Origin: a virus
Taxonomy: Duplodnaviria; Caudoviricetes
DNA length: 64,000 bases
Reading direction: 5' to 3' (one strand)
Virus record (IMG/VR): IMGVR_UViG_3300021387_001464
Span: 32,001-96,000 of that record
In this document: one piece after another, positions 37,170-48,765 of the stretch
How the letters are laid out: each line of letters opens with the position of its first letter
Position numbering within the stretch: position 1 is the stretch's first letter
Notes under the pieces: generated by a model
Told to the model about the DNA's origin: nothing
The model's database searches: none
What the model saw: the letters and a program-made list of their open reading frames with translations, nothing else
Translations under genes and position numbers: made by a program

Positions 37170-38321
37170 ATGGCACAAGCAATATCACTCATCAGCGGTT
37201 CGCCGCTCATCGGCAGTCCGATAGTCTATCGGGTAGTACCGGCTGCATACGGCGACAATCGCACGTTTCACCGCATCATCGTTCGCGTCTATGCCAAATT
37301 AGAGACCGACGAGGACTACACCACCTTCGACTTCTCCACACCCGTAGAGACCAAGACGGCGAACGGCGTGACTACTACGCAGCCGTCGCTGTTCGACATC
37401 TCGTCGGCTCTGCAAGCCGTGGCCGACAAGTATGCGTATGCCGCCACACCGCCAGAGCACTACCCCTACATCCAGTTCCGCATCGAGGCATGGGACGAGT
37501 GGATGATCGACGGCACCATATATCCCGAACAGGATGTGGTGCAGTGGCCGTCAGCGTCCGTTGACCAGCAGCAGTTCTACGGCTATGCCTTCATGGGCGC
37601 ATGGACCGACTTGGAGCGCACGAACGCTATCGAGAGCGAGGGTGTGGAATACCTCGACACGCTGCAGATGTCGCGCAAGCCCACCAGCAGCCCTGAGATA
37701 GTCTTTACAGGCTGCGAGTTCATCTATCCAGACCAGTTCCTACGCTCTATCCTCGACACCGACTACATGAGCGAGGGTGCCGACCCAAGGTTCGTCAGTG
37801 GCGCACCCGACAACGGACCACGCTCGCTCACCTACACCCCGCAAGCCGAGGGCGCAGCCACCATTGGCGGCCACAACATCTATGCCGTGCCGCTTCCTGC
37901 CGAACGTGGCTATCAGCTGCGCTTCATTAACGGACTGGGCTGCATGGAATCGCTATGCGTGCAGAGCCTGGTAAAGCGCGAGACGAATATCACCACTGCC
38001 AAGCACGCCGTAGCCCGTCAGGAAACACTGAAGAAATTCTCGCGCAGCGTGGTGCGCAAGAGCAACGACCGCGAGACGTGGGCGCTGACCAGCGGTCCAC
38101 TTGACGAAGCGTGGGCATCGTGGTACATCCATGAGTTCCTGATGGCCGAGCAGATATGGATAGAGCTCAACTCTCATACATCATCCCTCAGCCATCAGAC
38201 CATCTGGCTACCCTGTCACGTGGTGCCCGAAGAAACCACCGTGCTCGAAGACCGCGAGAAGGCACAGCCCCTGGAGGTACAGTTCCGACTGGAGATGGAC
38301 ATCAACGGCTCGCCGATGTAA
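37170..38321 (+). CDS. Putative tail structural protein
   Basis: 383 aa; LRFINGLGCMESL motif; tail context. Confidence 0.55.
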   Translation: MAQAISLISGSPLIGSPIVYRVVPAAYGDNRTFHRIIVRVYAKLETDEDYTTFDFSTPVETKTANGVTTTQPSLFDISSALQAVADKYAYAATPPEHYPYIQFRIEAWDEWMIDGTIYPEQDVVQWPSASVDQQQFYGYAFMGAWTDLERTNAIESEGVEYLDTLQMSRKPTSSPEIVFTGCEFIYPDQFLRSILDTDYMSEGADPRFVSGAPDNGPRSLTYTPQAEGAATIGGHNIYAVPLPAERGYQLRFINGLGCMESLCVQSLVKRETNITTAKHAVARQETLKKFSRSVVRKSNDRETWALTSGPLDEAWASWYIHEFLMAEQIWIELNSHTSSLSHQTIWLPCHVVPEETTVLEDREKAQPLEVQFRLEMDINGSPM

Positions 38322-38361
38322 CGAAAACGATAACGAAAACGATAACAAAACCAACACAGAT

Positions 38362-38988
38362 ATGTTCAGATTAGATAATATTTTAGAACGCTGGGCAGAG
38401 CTCTACACGCCCCTCAGCCACAACAGCGCATCCAGCGGTTCGTCCGCTGGAGTAAAAAAAAGTTTCTTCCGCATCGGCATGATCGATGCGCAGTCGTACT
38501 TCGTGCGCAACTACAACATGATGAACGGCTGCTGCATGGCCTACGCCACCCACATCGAAGCCGAACTGGCACAGCAGAACCCCAAGGCCGTCACGTACCG
38601 CCACGCCATCTATTTCCTCGTCAAGCAGCAGAACGCACAGGGCAAGACCGACGTCACCGACGAGGACGCCGCCACCGAGGCCCGCTTCCTTACCGACAAC
38701 ATGGTGCAAGACCTTCTCGCCGTGCTCTGGGCGATGAAAGGCATGGTGGGCGGCAAATCGCTTCCCGCCAGTGCGGTCAGCGGTTTGCCCGCTGGCGTGT
38801 TGCAGTTCATCGAGCAGACCGCCCGCGACCCAGAATACGCCGAAGGCTTGCGCGGCCTCCAGTTGGAAGGCGCTCATTGGGGCACCATCCCCGGTGTCTT
38901 CAACGGCTGGCAGCTCTGCGGCCTGACCATCGAGCAAGTCACCCCTCGTCTGCTCTGTGTGAACCCTGAGAGGTACGTGAAAGAGTAA
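38362..38988 (+). CDS. Putative tail completion-like protein
   Basis: 208 aa; position only. Confidence 0.45.
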   Translation: MFRLDNILERWAELYTPLSHNSASSGSSAGVKKSFFRIGMIDAQSYFVRNYNMMNGCCMAYATHIEAELAQQNPKAVTYRHAIYFLVKQQNAQGKTDVTDEDAATEARFLTDNMVQDLLAVLWAMKGMVGGKSLPASAVSGLPAGVLQFIEQTARDPEYAEGLRGLQLEGAHWGTIPGVFNGWQLCGLTIEQVTPRLLCVNPERYVKE

Positions 38989-39146
38989 CCATCCGTATCA
39001 CACACCCCCTTTGATGCGCATCGCACACCCCGTGTGATGCGCATGATTGTTTTTTCAGCCCTCTTACATCTTACATCATCCCTCTTACATCTTACATCTT
39101 ACATCATCCATCGGCCATTAAAACATCAGTCCTCGGCGAAAGCCGT

Positions 39147-39181
39147 TGTCCGTATGTTACTACACCTTTTATATAATTTTG
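39147..39181 (+). promoter_or_regulatory. Putative late promoter TGTCCG-N21-TAATTTTG
   Basis: Upstream of 39207 and the tape measure gene. Confidence 0.7.
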
Positions 39182-39206
39182 TAGCAACAAAAACAAAGAT
39201 TAGACT

Positions 39207-39746
39207 ATGGCAGGTTACGGAAGAGACGGAAAGGCACTGTTGCCGCTACGGTATGTCACCAACATGTTCAAGGAACAAACCTTGAAGCAGTTGAAAGCCA
39301 ACATGCAGACACAGCGTGTTTGGCCTTACGAGATTTATCCAGGATTCCACACGGTCAATGAATATCGCCGCCAACGTGGCGAATGGTATGCCAATGGTGA
39401 AGGCGTGAAGTCATTTGAAGGTGAGGTTTACGAGGCTGACGAAGATACAGGCATGGTGACGATGGGCTTCCGCTTCAACGACTACATGCAGTATGTGGAC
39501 ATCGGTGTAGGCGCAGGCCGTAAGGCAGAGGATGTTGACCGTGCCAAAAACGTAAACTTCAAGCAACGATATATCAATAAGTGGCAACCGCGTGCAGGAA
39601 AAACCCACCGTCCGGGCATCCGTCCTGAACTGAACCACCTGCTGACACGTCTGGAGGGCTATGTTCAAATGTACTACGACGCAAAACTCGACTTCAAAAT
39701 ACTGGAAACTTTTGAAGGCCAGCCTTGGAGTTTCAATATCCTATAA
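39207..39746 (+). CDS. Putative neck/tail morphogenesis protein
   Basis: FNDYMQYVDIGVG motif; adjacent to the tape measure gene. Confidence 0.5.
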   Translation: MAGYGRDGKALLPLRYVTNMFKEQTLKQLKANMQTQRVWPYEIYPGFHTVNEYRRQRGEWYANGEGVKSFEGEVYEADEDTGMVTMGFRFNDYMQYVDIGVGAGRKAEDVDRAKNVNFKQRYINKWQPRAGKTHRPGIRPELNHLLTRLEGYVQMYYDAKLDFKILETFEGQPWSFNIL

Positions 39747-39770
39747 AACATCACAAAAACAATACAGACT

Positions 39771-42700
39771 ATGGCATCAAAAAAATCAGAACTCGTCCTT
39801 ACCTGTAATGCCACCGCGTTGAAAGACGTGATGAATTTCCTAAATAAGCAGTTGGATGACCTTATCCGTAAGCGTGACCGACTGAATGCTAAGGGTGTGC
39901 AGAACTGGACCGCACAGGATAAGAAAAACTTTAAGCAGTGGGGCGATGATATAGCTGCCATCAACTCGGCAATGCAGAAAAACCGAGATGAAATGGTAAA
40001 GTATGGTCAGGTGATGAAAGACCTGGCAGGCGCAAAAACCAAAGACTTGAAGCGAGCACTCGGCGAGGTAAAGCGAGCACTTGACAATATGTCGGCTCGT
40101 GACCCTGGACGTGCGCAGTTGGAAGCAGATCTAAAGAAGATACAGCGTCAGATTGATGCAAACACAGTGTCTGTCAAGAAAAACCAGTCCGCTTGGGGTG
40201 CTCTCGGTACGACCATGAAGAACCTCTTTGCCTACGCTGGTATCTTTGCGGGCTTTAACTTGCTGAAATCTAAGTTAGACGAAGCATACGAGGCCAACAA
40301 GCGGTTCTCTGACTCTATGGCTAACGTCCGTAAGGTGTCGGGATTGACAATGGACGAGATTGGCAAATTGGCCAACAACCTGTCGAAGATAGATAGCCGC
40401 ACAGGACTGGGCGGTTTGATGGAACTCGGGTACACTGGTGCAAAACTCGGCTTCGGCAATTATGGTATCGAAGGTCTGGAGTCCTTCGCTAAGTCTGCCG
40501 TCAAAGTACAGAATGCTTTGAGCGAGGATATGGGTGCCGACGCGATGACTGCCCTGTCAAAGATGGTCGAGGTAATGGGGCTGATACCGAAGATGGGTGT
40601 CGAGCGGGCCATGGACGCTACTGGCTCTGCTATCTTCAAGCTGGCATCCACCTCTACCGCCACGGGTACAAACATTGTAGAGTTCTCAAAGCGACTGATG
40701 GGTTTGGCGAATATCGCTCATATCAGTACGCAGGATTTGTTGGCATTTGGCTCTGCTGCCGACAGTATGGCGTTAATGCCGGAAGTGGCAGCTACGGCTT
40801 TCAACAAACTTATCACCGCCGTACAGAAGCAGCCTAACTTGATTGAGAATGCACTGCATATAGAAAAAGGTACTATCAGTGACCTTTACCAGACAGGACA
40901 CATGACCGAAGCCCTCGTGACTATCTTTGAGAAGATGCGCGAGAAGGGTGGCATGAATGCCCTGATGCAATCGGGTGTATTCAAGGACCTCGGCTCCGAC
41001 GGTGCCCGTCTGGTGGCTGTGATGGCTACAATGGCCAACCGCGTCGATATGCTGAACGCCCACCTCGCCGTGTCACGTCAGGCTTTCGAGGAAGGTACTG
41101 CCGTTGCTCAGGAGTACGCTATCCAAATGGACACCGCCGCCGCCTACAGCGAGCGAGCCGCTAACATCTGGGAAAAGGCATTTGTCAATCCAGAGGGTGT
41201 CGATACCGTTAAGGAGTTTACGAAGGCATGGTATGAAGTGTCGAAAGCGCTGACAAGTAATAAGGTTGCTATGGCCGAAGTTAAATTCCTACTCGGCGGC
41301 ATACTTGAATTACTAAAAGGTATTCTCTATTTCCTTCCTGCATTGTTGAGCGGCCTTGCCGTACTTGGCGCAGGGCGAATGTTCGTGGCACTGCGCTCTG
41401 CGCTCGAAATGACACGCCTTTCAGCCGTAGGACTGTCGTTATCGCTCAACGGAATAAAAACAGCATGGACGGCTCTTTCTGCTGTTGGTAAAGCCAACTG
41501 GATAGGTGCTGCTGCCACAGCCCTGTTCATGATTATCGAAGCCTTTGGTATGTTCAACAAGAAGGTGCAGGAAGCCACTGGTTATATGAAGGGTTTCAAA
41601 AAAGACTTGGGCGACCTGAATGTAGAATACGGTAAAGCAGAATCAGAACTGCGCCGCTACCGTCGAGCCATCGACGAAGCCAATTCTGGCAGCAAGCAAC
41701 GTCTGGCCACCATCAACACCTTTAATAGTAAGTTCAAGCCGTACCTGTCGAACCTGCTGACCGAAAAGTCAACGGCGCTCGACGTAGCCAAGGCATATAA
41801 CGAAGTCACCAAGGCTATACGTGCAAAGTTGGCAATGCAACTGAAAGAAAAGGACATTGAGAAATATGTTGCACCCCGTGAGCAGTGGGCCGCCGAGCGT
41901 CGCCAGGAATACGAGAAGCGTGCCAACGAAGCGGGTAAAGGTCAGTATGGCTCTACGTGGATTACGGGCTACGCACAGGACAATCGCAATAAGACGATTG
42001 ACACGATGGTGCGCGACATCGGCAAGCAGTATTACAACCTGCCGCAGCAGATCATCGACGAGGTATCGAAACAAGCCGCCGCAGGCAATACCAGTTTCAA
42101 TAACTACGGCAACATCATCAACAGTCGTTATCTGAAAGACGCTAATGCCTTGCTTGCCGCCAGCAGTTATCTGCGTCAGGAGCGTTCAGCAGAGAATGCT
42201 CTACGCTACACCAACAAGAAGTGGGGACCAGAGCAAAAACTGATTGACGACCTTACTACCCAACAGGACGAGCCGATTGAGCCACTTGTCCCTGCCCCCG
42301 ACAAAGACGCTGAGCGTGCCCTCACCAAAGCACAGCGCGAGGAAAAGAAGCACTTGAAAGACCAAATGGAAGAAGCTGAAAAGGACTCTACCGCTGTCAT
42401 CAATGCCATTGAGGAGTTCTACCGCTTGCAGGAGAGTGCCGTGGAGCAACTGGTGGCCGACGGCAAGATGACACGCGAGGAAGCCGACCGTGCGCTGAAC
42501 TACGTGAAGAACCGCAAGGACTTGATGTTGATGAACGCTCGCCGTGCCATTGCCGGCAAGGACAGCGACTTCGAGAGCCTGCGCAAGACGATGGGGCAGG
42601 ATATGCTGCGCCCCGACGACCAGAACTCGCAGCGAGCTATGAACACCGTGCAGACTATCGACGTGGCCGAAGCTGCCCGTCGTCTGCAGAAGTTTGACGG

Positions 42701-44534
42701 CTCAAAGGCAGTGTATGACCTGAATGCCGGTTCGTTTACGCAGGCCATGCTGAAGAACGCCGCCCAGAACGAGCTGAACATCCAGCGCCGACAGGCTGCC
42801 GTACAGACGGAGATTGACAAGCTACTGTTGCAGTATCGGTATGTGGAACAGGCACAGCGCGACTTCGGCGACAAGTTGGTCAAGATGGGACTCATCACCG
42901 ACGGCTATCAGAAGGTGGTGCAGCAGCTGGCTGACGGCACGGAGATTGTTGCCAACACCAACGATGTGCAGGGCTTTGCCAACAAGGTGGTGGGACTGGG
43001 CAGCTCGCTCTACGCCGTCAATCCAGAGAGCACCGACCAGTTGAAGCAGTTGATGCAGACCACCATGACCACCAATGGCACGGACAAAGAGTCGTTCGCC
43101 GCTATCTTCCCCAACTACGACAAGTGGATGGAGCAGCCCGAGAAGTATAAGGAGCAGATGCAGGCTATGTATGAATTGATGATTCAGTACGAGGGCATCT
43201 ACTACGACAAGCTGAAACAGCGCGACGACTTGCAGAACAAGCGCCTCGGCTCGTGGTGGAACCACTCCGACCAGAAGAAGGAGAACGACCAGAAACTGCG
43301 CGACATCCAGCTCTACGACTTCCAGTATAACACGATGCACGAGGGCGAGACGATGGGCTTTATGATGGGACTGACCAACGACCTCACCCACGACCCGGAG
43401 GTGATCCACGAACAAGCCGTACTGGAACAGAAGATTGCCATTTGGAAGAAGGCCAAAGAAGAGCGTGAGGCAGATCTTATCTCCGAGCAGGTCTATCAGG
43501 ATAAGTTGCGTGACATGCAGGATCAGACAATGGCCTACTCGCAGAAGGTGATGGAAAACCTTAATAAACGTATCTCGCGCATCCAGAATTTCGTCAAGCC
43601 CGTCGAGACCGCTGCCAACACCATCGGTAAGAAGTTGGGCGACATGATATTCAACATGCAGTCGGAGGAATCCACGTGGGAACAGATTTGGAAGAACATG
43701 GCACTGGCTATGGCTGAGTCGCTGCTGACGATGGTTGGTCAGTACGCGCAATACCAGATACAAAAGGCCGCCATCAACAAGTCCGAAGTGCTCGACGAAG
43801 CCGCCAAGGCACAAGCCATCACCATGCTCGGCATCAGCAGTGGTGCTGCCAAGACCATCGGTACCTTGGGTTGGTGGGGTATCGCCCTCATCCCCGTCAT
43901 CACGTCGCTCCTGATGGGCTTGCTGACATCGGCACTATCGACGGCCAGCGAAAGCAGTAACGACACATCGTCATCCACCGCCGCCACCAAGAATACCAAA
44001 CTCGTCAGCGGTATGCTGACCTACGATAAGGGTAATGTGCAGCGGTTCATCGGTCAGGACGGCAAGGTATATACCGCCACTGCCGAGCCTGCACCGAAGG
44101 ACGGACTCATTACGCACCCCATCGCCACCACCGTGCAGGGTCAGCCCGCACTCGTGGCAGAGAACGGTCCCGAAATCGTCATTGGCCGCGAAACCACCAA
44201 GGCCATTATGATGAACGAGCCCGAACTCATCCGCTACCTCGCCAACTATCAGAAGCACGGCGGTCGTCGCCTGTTCGACAGAGGGAATGCTGATGCGGCG
44301 CTTCGTAATAACGATATATCGACATATCGAGATAACGACACAAACGACGCCGCCACCGAGCGTCAGGCGCTCATCAACCGCCTTGACCGCAGCGACGCAC
44401 TGATGGAACAGGTGCTCTACTACCTCCAGAACCCCATCGCCCCCGAAATCGCCATGTACGACACGGGCGGCAAGAAGGGCTTGCGCTCGAAGATGAAGGA
44501 AGCCGACCGCTTCATGTCCCGCTACGACGGGTGA
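39771..44534 (+). CDS. Tail tape measure protein
   Basis: 1587-aa helical Ala/Lys/Glu-rich protein, TP901-like core (MANVRKVSGLT), hydrophobic segments, C-terminal ALVAENGPEIVI. Confidence 0.9.
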   Translation: MASKKSELVLTCNATALKDVMNFLNKQLDDLIRKRDRLNAKGVQNWTAQDKKNFKQWGDDIAAINSAMQKNRDEMVKYGQVMKDLAGAKTKDLKRALGEVKRALDNMSARDPGRAQLEADLKKIQRQIDANTVSVKKNQSAWGALGTTMKNLFAYAGIFAGFNLLKSKLDEAYEANKRFSDSMANVRKVSGLTMDEIGKLANNLSKIDSRTGLGGLMELGYTGAKLGFGNYGIEGLESFAKSAVKVQNALSEDMGADAMTALSKMVEVMGLIPKMGVERAMDATGSAIFKLASTSTATGTNIVEFSKRLMGLANIAHISTQDLLAFGSAADSMALMPEVAATAFNKLITAVQKQPNLIENALHIEKGTISDLYQTGHMTEALVTIFEKMREKGGMNALMQSGVFKDLGSDGARLVAVMATMANRVDMLNAHLAVSRQAFEEGTAVAQEYAIQMDTAAAYSERAANIWEKAFVNPEGVDTVKEFTKAWYEVSKALTSNKVAMAEVKFLLGGILELLKGILYFLPALLSGLAVLGAGRMFVALRSALEMTRLSAVGLSLSLNGIKTAWTALSAVGKANWIGAAATALFMIIEAFGMFNKKVQEATGYMKGFKKDLGDLNVEYGKAESELRRYRRAIDEANSGSKQRLATINTFNSKFKPYLSNLLTEKSTALDVAKAYNEVTKAIRAKLAMQLKEKDIEKYVAPREQWAAERRQEYEKRANEAGKGQYGSTWITGYAQDNRNKTIDTMVRDIGKQYYNLPQQIIDEVSKQAAAGNTSFNNYGNIINSRYLKDANALLAASSYLRQERSAENALRYTNKKWGPEQKLIDDLTTQQDEPIEPLVPAPDKDAERALTKAQREEKKHLKDQMEEAEKDSTAVINAIEEFYRLQESAVEQLVADGKMTREEADRALNYVKNRKDLMLMNARRAIAGKDSDFESLRKTMGQDMLRPDDQNSQRAMNTVQTIDVAEAARRLQKFDGSKAVYDLNAGSFTQAMLKNAAQNELNIQRRQAAVQTEIDKLLLQYRYVEQAQRDFGDKLVKMGLITDGYQKVVQQLADGTEIVANTNDVQGFANKVVGLGSSLYAVNPESTDQLKQLMQTTMTTNGTDKESFAAIFPNYDKWMEQPEKYKEQMQAMYELMIQYEGIYYDKLKQRDDLQNKRLGSWWNHSDQKKENDQKLRDIQLYDFQYNTMHEGETMGFMMGLTNDLTHDPEVIHEQAVLEQKIAIWKKAKEEREADLISEQVYQDKLRDMQDQTMAYSQKVMENLNKRISRIQNFVKPVETAANTIGKKLGDMIFNMQSEESTWEQIWKNMALAMAESLLTMVGQYAQYQIQKAAINKSEVLDEAAKAQAITMLGISSGAAKTIGTLGWWGIALIPVITSLLMGLLTSALSTASESSNDTSSSTAATKNTKLVSGMLTYDKGNVQRFIGQDGKVYTATAEPAPKDGLITHPIATTVQGQPALVAENGPEIVIGRETTKAIMMNEPELIRYLANYQKHGGRRLFDRGNADAALRNNDISTYRDNDTNDAATERQALINRLDRSDALMEQVLYYLQNPIAPEIAMYDTGGKKGLRSKMKEADRFMSRYDG

Positions 44535-44654
44535 TGTGTGATGGATGATGTCTGATGTCTGATGTAAGATGTAAGATGGATGGTGTAAGACAACTTTTCG
44601 CTTTTCACTTTTCACTTTTCACTTAAAAAGATATACACTGCACCGACAAAGCAA

Positions 44655-44689
44655 TGTCCGTCCACTTGGCCGGGCATTGTTTAATTTTG
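44655..44689 (+). promoter_or_regulatory. Putative late promoter TGTCCG-N21-TAATTTTG
   Basis: Upstream of 44714. Confidence 0.7.
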
Positions 44690-44713
44690 TAGTAGCAACA
44701 AAACGAAATCAGC

Positions 44714-47700
44714 ATGGATTACATAGCACAACCGAAAGACTACTGGATAGCACCGAACGCTATCAATATTACCCTGAATGCACTCGGCAATCCCAACCGC
44801 ACACAAGGCTCTGTGGCCAGCGGAGCCGTCGTTCTTTGTTACATAGAGGGTGTTGACGGACTGGGTTATAATAACGGACACCGCTTCAGGACGTGGCCGC
44901 TGACCATCAGTCCGACGTACTTCAATACCGACACCGAGAAGTATGTCTATGCGGCTATTCCTCGTGCATCGTCTGGAAGCACACAGGCAATAATAGTGTT
45001 CCCCAGCGAGCAGTTAGATATCTACGGTCGTAATGCAGCAGATGAGCAGGTGGGTAGCCTGGATTACTATTATATATGGTTGCAGGGTATCATTACCGCT
45101 ACCGACGGCACGACCGACCGTGAGTGGCGGCAACGTATAAACTTCGGACAGAAGGGTACTGACGAGGACTTATACGATAACAGCACGTCTGACTGGTATC
45201 AATATTCTAAGGCGAGCGAGGAAGTGACGTTCCTGAAGAATATCATTATGAAGGCGGGCACTACGTTCCGCAACCTGATACTCGGCTACAAGGAACTGAC
45301 GGGTGTCGCCACATCGGAAACCCTCTACACTGATAGCGACGTGCTGGTGGCCACTCCTGGCTATGTGGAGAACCAGTATCTGAGCAAGACGCACGAGGAC
45401 ACGGCTGCCGCCAAGATTACTTTCCAGGAAGGTCTCAATGCTAAGCATATCAGAGTGACAGGTAGTAACGGCACGACACCCGACGCAGACAATATCACTC
45501 AAAAGGAAGTCGGTCTTGAAGTCGAGCAGAGTGGCGTCATCGGTGGCATATTCCGTGTTGCTAAAAGCATTCTGACTAAGACGGTACAAAGCCTTAACTT
45601 CTCGGGCGGCGACTCGCTGACCGGCACTGGCTGGCAACTGACCGACAACTACGGGAATGGTCGCTCACGGCTGGTGGTTGACGATGCCGTTTTCCGTGGA
45701 AAGGTGACGCTGAACGAACTGGAGGTGCGTAAACTGATGGCGATGGGTGGCAACTATGTATTTTCGCCTGCCGCCAGTGTCATCGAGCAGGTAGATTACT
45801 ACGGCTACATCCTGACACCCGGCGAGCAGGAGTATACGGTAGGACTTCTTGGATATGAGTATGTCAAGGTGCCGTGGGTGCTACGTTTGATACCGCTCTC
45901 CCTTCGCGGACGCTATCTTTCTAAGAAAAAATGGGTGCGCTCAACGATGAGCCAGGAGGACTACTCCCGTGTGGTATTCTATCGCTGCTGGCTGAAGGCT
46001 GATGACGGCAGCACGCAGACTATCAACACGTGGAAAGAGGGTATGCTTGCACGCTGCCAGACATTCGACACCTCACAGATAGAGAATGGCGACCATTCGG
46101 GTAAGTACGACTCCCCCGACTCTGGGTTGCACGGGAAAGACGTCACCAACAAACTCTACTGGCGTGCTGTTACCGCTACTGCACAGGGTGTTGATAAGGA
46201 TAGCTACCAAGGGAAGAGTGCTGTCCTTGATGACGGACGGAAGCATAACTATATAGATCTCTCTAACACCTGGCAAGACGGTGTGCAACTCTATCTTAGC
46301 GGTAGCGACCATGTGTCTGCCGGCGATCACATCGTGTGCTATGGTGACTGGAAGGACGCGAACCTTTCACATTTCGTCACTATCGAGACGATTGGCGGCG
46401 ATGCTCCAGCCGTCAAGGAGTTCCGTGGCGTTGGCTATACGGACGGAACGAGTATCGACTGGTCACTCGACAATAAGTGCAAGACAAAAATCAGTCCTGT
46501 AGCAGGCAACGATTTCTATGCCCCTCACTTCTACGTCGAAACGGAAGACTCCGTGCGTGACGTTGCTACGTTTATGGTGAGCACCGACGGCATCATAGCA
46601 GAGGTAAAAGGAGTGCAGAGTAATGGTAAGAACCTGCTGTCTGGAGTAATGACAGGCAACGGATGGAAGAGTGGAACCGTAGCGGACGGCATCTTTGAGT
46701 ATGACGACGATGCTGATTTCGACAGTAATGGTGAGTGGATATCTCCCGCTGAAGGAGATACGCTTATTGTGTCGCCCGAAATCGTTATCACCAAGCGGCA
46801 TATATATACTGTATCTGCTTATATCGAGGGAACGCAGACTATTCGTGTGGCAATAATATTACTGGGTCAAACGCCCGAACTAAGAAATATCACCGGCACA
46901 GGAAGAGTATATGTTACCACAGAGCTCACCGCTGGCACATATCGTATTGTTATCGAAGCATCAAAAATCCGTCATGCGCAGGTTGAACTTGCTGACGGCT
47001 GGAACTTTGCTCCAACTGCTTTTGAAACTTCCAGTACGGAAGTGTCATCGAGGATTAAGCAGACGGCAGACGAGATAAACATCAGTATTACTCAGGGTTT
47101 ACAGCGTACTGGTGTCGATATTACGCAAGGGCTTATCAACCTCATTGCTAATAAGACGTTGTTTGGAACAAGTGACGGCACTCCGATGATTGCCGTGCAG
47201 ATGTGCGACTCTGATGGTAATGTATGGGATGGCAACCCCTCAACAAAATCCCGATACACAATTCCGTCTATCGTGTTCTATAATGGAGAAATAGGTCAGA
47301 CGGATGTAGAGGCACAGTGGGTGCTCAACTATCTTGGTTTTATCCGTGCCACAAACGCAGGAGTGCCGTATTCGTTTACGAGTGTAGATAATGTTATATG
47401 CTTTGAAGCGCCGACAGGAGAAAAAATAACCCATATCGGAGAGGATTCTGAATATGAAATGGATAGCGAAAACATGGCGCTTATGTTTTTCTATTCATCA
47501 AGAATTGTCTATGAGCGGATGTTTCTCTTTAACTGCGGATATTATATCAACGACAGTGGCGTAAAGATATATCAGCCTACAAATGGCAAAAACTACGAAA
47601 TGTATAACGATATGCCAGGCTTACGTCGCTATTGGCTGACGAGGAATGTCAATAATGTATTTGTTCCAGACCTGACTACAAACGCCACCGCAAAGGGGTA

Positions 47701-48097
47701 TTACTGTGTAGTAGCAGAAGGAAATTACGAAGGTAAATGGCCGGATGGAGACCAGTGGCATACCGTATCATCGAATACGAATAGGGCAGGAGTAAATGTC
47801 GATCCGCCTATAGACCCGATACGGACAGTGGAAAATGCTATTATGTTCCATCTTGTCTATTTCGACGAGACGAGCTTTTCTGAATCTGGTCCTGCTGGCT
47901 TGATGGAAAGATACGAATATGCTTTCGTGTTATTCTATGAAGGTTGGGTACAAGGTGTGCGGTCAGGAATAGACAGAACGTGTATTGCAGCAATTGGTGG
48001 TAGTAGTTCTTCTGAAAACAATCCGACCTTCTACAACAATACAAACCCTGACGGCATCTGTACCATTCAGAAGATTATCGACAAATATAACGAATAG
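44714..48097 (+). CDS. Tail tip/fibre protein
   Basis: 1127 aa; YLSKTHEDTA, GWQL..SRLVVD, GKNLL and SRIKQTADEI motifs typical of tail proteins. Confidence 0.7.
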   Translation: MDYIAQPKDYWIAPNAINITLNALGNPNRTQGSVASGAVVLCYIEGVDGLGYNNGHRFRTWPLTISPTYFNTDTEKYVYAAIPRASSGSTQAIIVFPSEQLDIYGRNAADEQVGSLDYYYIWLQGIITATDGTTDREWRQRINFGQKGTDEDLYDNSTSDWYQYSKASEEVTFLKNIIMKAGTTFRNLILGYKELTGVATSETLYTDSDVLVATPGYVENQYLSKTHEDTAAAKITFQEGLNAKHIRVTGSNGTTPDADNITQKEVGLEVEQSGVIGGIFRVAKSILTKTVQSLNFSGGDSLTGTGWQLTDNYGNGRSRLVVDDAVFRGKVTLNELEVRKLMAMGGNYVFSPAASVIEQVDYYGYILTPGEQEYTVGLLGYEYVKVPWVLRLIPLSLRGRYLSKKKWVRSTMSQEDYSRVVFYRCWLKADDGSTQTINTWKEGMLARCQTFDTSQIENGDHSGKYDSPDSGLHGKDVTNKLYWRAVTATAQGVDKDSYQGKSAVLDDGRKHNYIDLSNTWQDGVQLYLSGSDHVSAGDHIVCYGDWKDANLSHFVTIETIGGDAPAVKEFRGVGYTDGTSIDWSLDNKCKTKISPVAGNDFYAPHFYVETEDSVRDVATFMVSTDGIIAEVKGVQSNGKNLLSGVMTGNGWKSGTVADGIFEYDDDADFDSNGEWISPAEGDTLIVSPEIVITKRHIYTVSAYIEGTQTIRVAIILLGQTPELRNITGTGRVYVTTELTAGTYRIVIEASKIRHAQVELADGWNFAPTAFETSSTEVSSRIKQTADEINISITQGLQRTGVDITQGLINLIANKTLFGTSDGTPMIAVQMCDSDGNVWDGNPSTKSRYTIPSIVFYNGEIGQTDVEAQWVLNYLGFIRATNAGVPYSFTSVDNVICFEAPTGEKITHIGEDSEYEMDSENMALMFFYSSRIVYERMFLFNCGYYINDSGVKIYQPTNGKNYEMYNDMPGLRRYWLTRNVNNVFVPDLTTNATAKGYYCVVAEGNYEGKWPDGDQWHTVSSNTNRAGVNVDPPIDPIRTVENAIMFHLVYFDETSFSESGPAGLMERYEYAFVLFYEGWVQGVRSGIDRTCIAAIGGSSSSENNPTFYNNTNPDGICTIQKIIDKYNE

Positions 48098-48127
48098 AGC
48101 TATAAAAAATACATAAAAGAATAAACT

Positions 48128-48760
48128 ATGACAGAATTTCCAACGACTACTGAAGAACTGGAGCAGTACATAAGCGACTATATGGATGCTCATGTGGCCG
48201 AGCGTATCGGTGAAATCACGAACGAGGCAATAGCACAGGCCGTAAAAGAATATATGGAGGAGTACGGTGCAGCGCTGGAAGATAACGGTGACGGCGGTGC
48301 TGTTCCTCTGGTGGCAGACGACTACTTTATCCGAAACAACGGCGAGCACATGAACGATACCAGCGTTCCTATGGCCGCCAACTCTGCCGGCGTACCTGTC
48401 AGTTATTTTCAGGCGCGGCTTCGTGCTTTTGCCTTGGCGGCGGCAAGCCTTGTGAATGCAAGCGACATTGCCACACCTATCGTCGAGCAGATAGAGACGG
48501 ATGTAACCATCAACCCTAACGTGATGAATGTCTGGAGCACGGCGGTCGCGTCGCTGCAAGTGGCATTTGCTGCAGGCACGGCAGGCCGTATCGCTCACTA
48601 CATGATGCAGTTTATTGCGGACGAGGGTTTTACGCTGACGCTGCCTAACGGCATACTATGGATGAATGGCGAAGAGCCTGAATGGGTGACAGGTAGTGCG
48701 TACCAGGTGAGTGTAGAAAGTGGCTTGGCGATTGCCGCTGAGTTTCCTGTTAATTCATAA
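48128..48760 (+). CDS. Putative tail-associated protein
   Basis: 210 aa; LTLPNGILWMNGEEP...YQVSV. Confidence 0.55.
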   Translation: MTEFPTTTEELEQYISDYMDAHVAERIGEITNEAIAQAVKEYMEEYGAALEDNGDGGAVPLVADDYFIRNNGEHMNDTSVPMAANSAGVPVSYFQARLRAFALAAASLVNASDIATPIVEQIETDVTINPNVMNVWSTAVASLQVAFAAGTAGRIAHYMMQFIADEGFTLTLPNGILWMNGEEPEWVTGSAYQVSVESGLAIAAEFPVNS

Positions 48761-48765
48761 TAGCA

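Noticed and set aside
44714-48760. Second DGR target
   Set aside because: No further TR-like copy seen in these genes or elsewhere in the window
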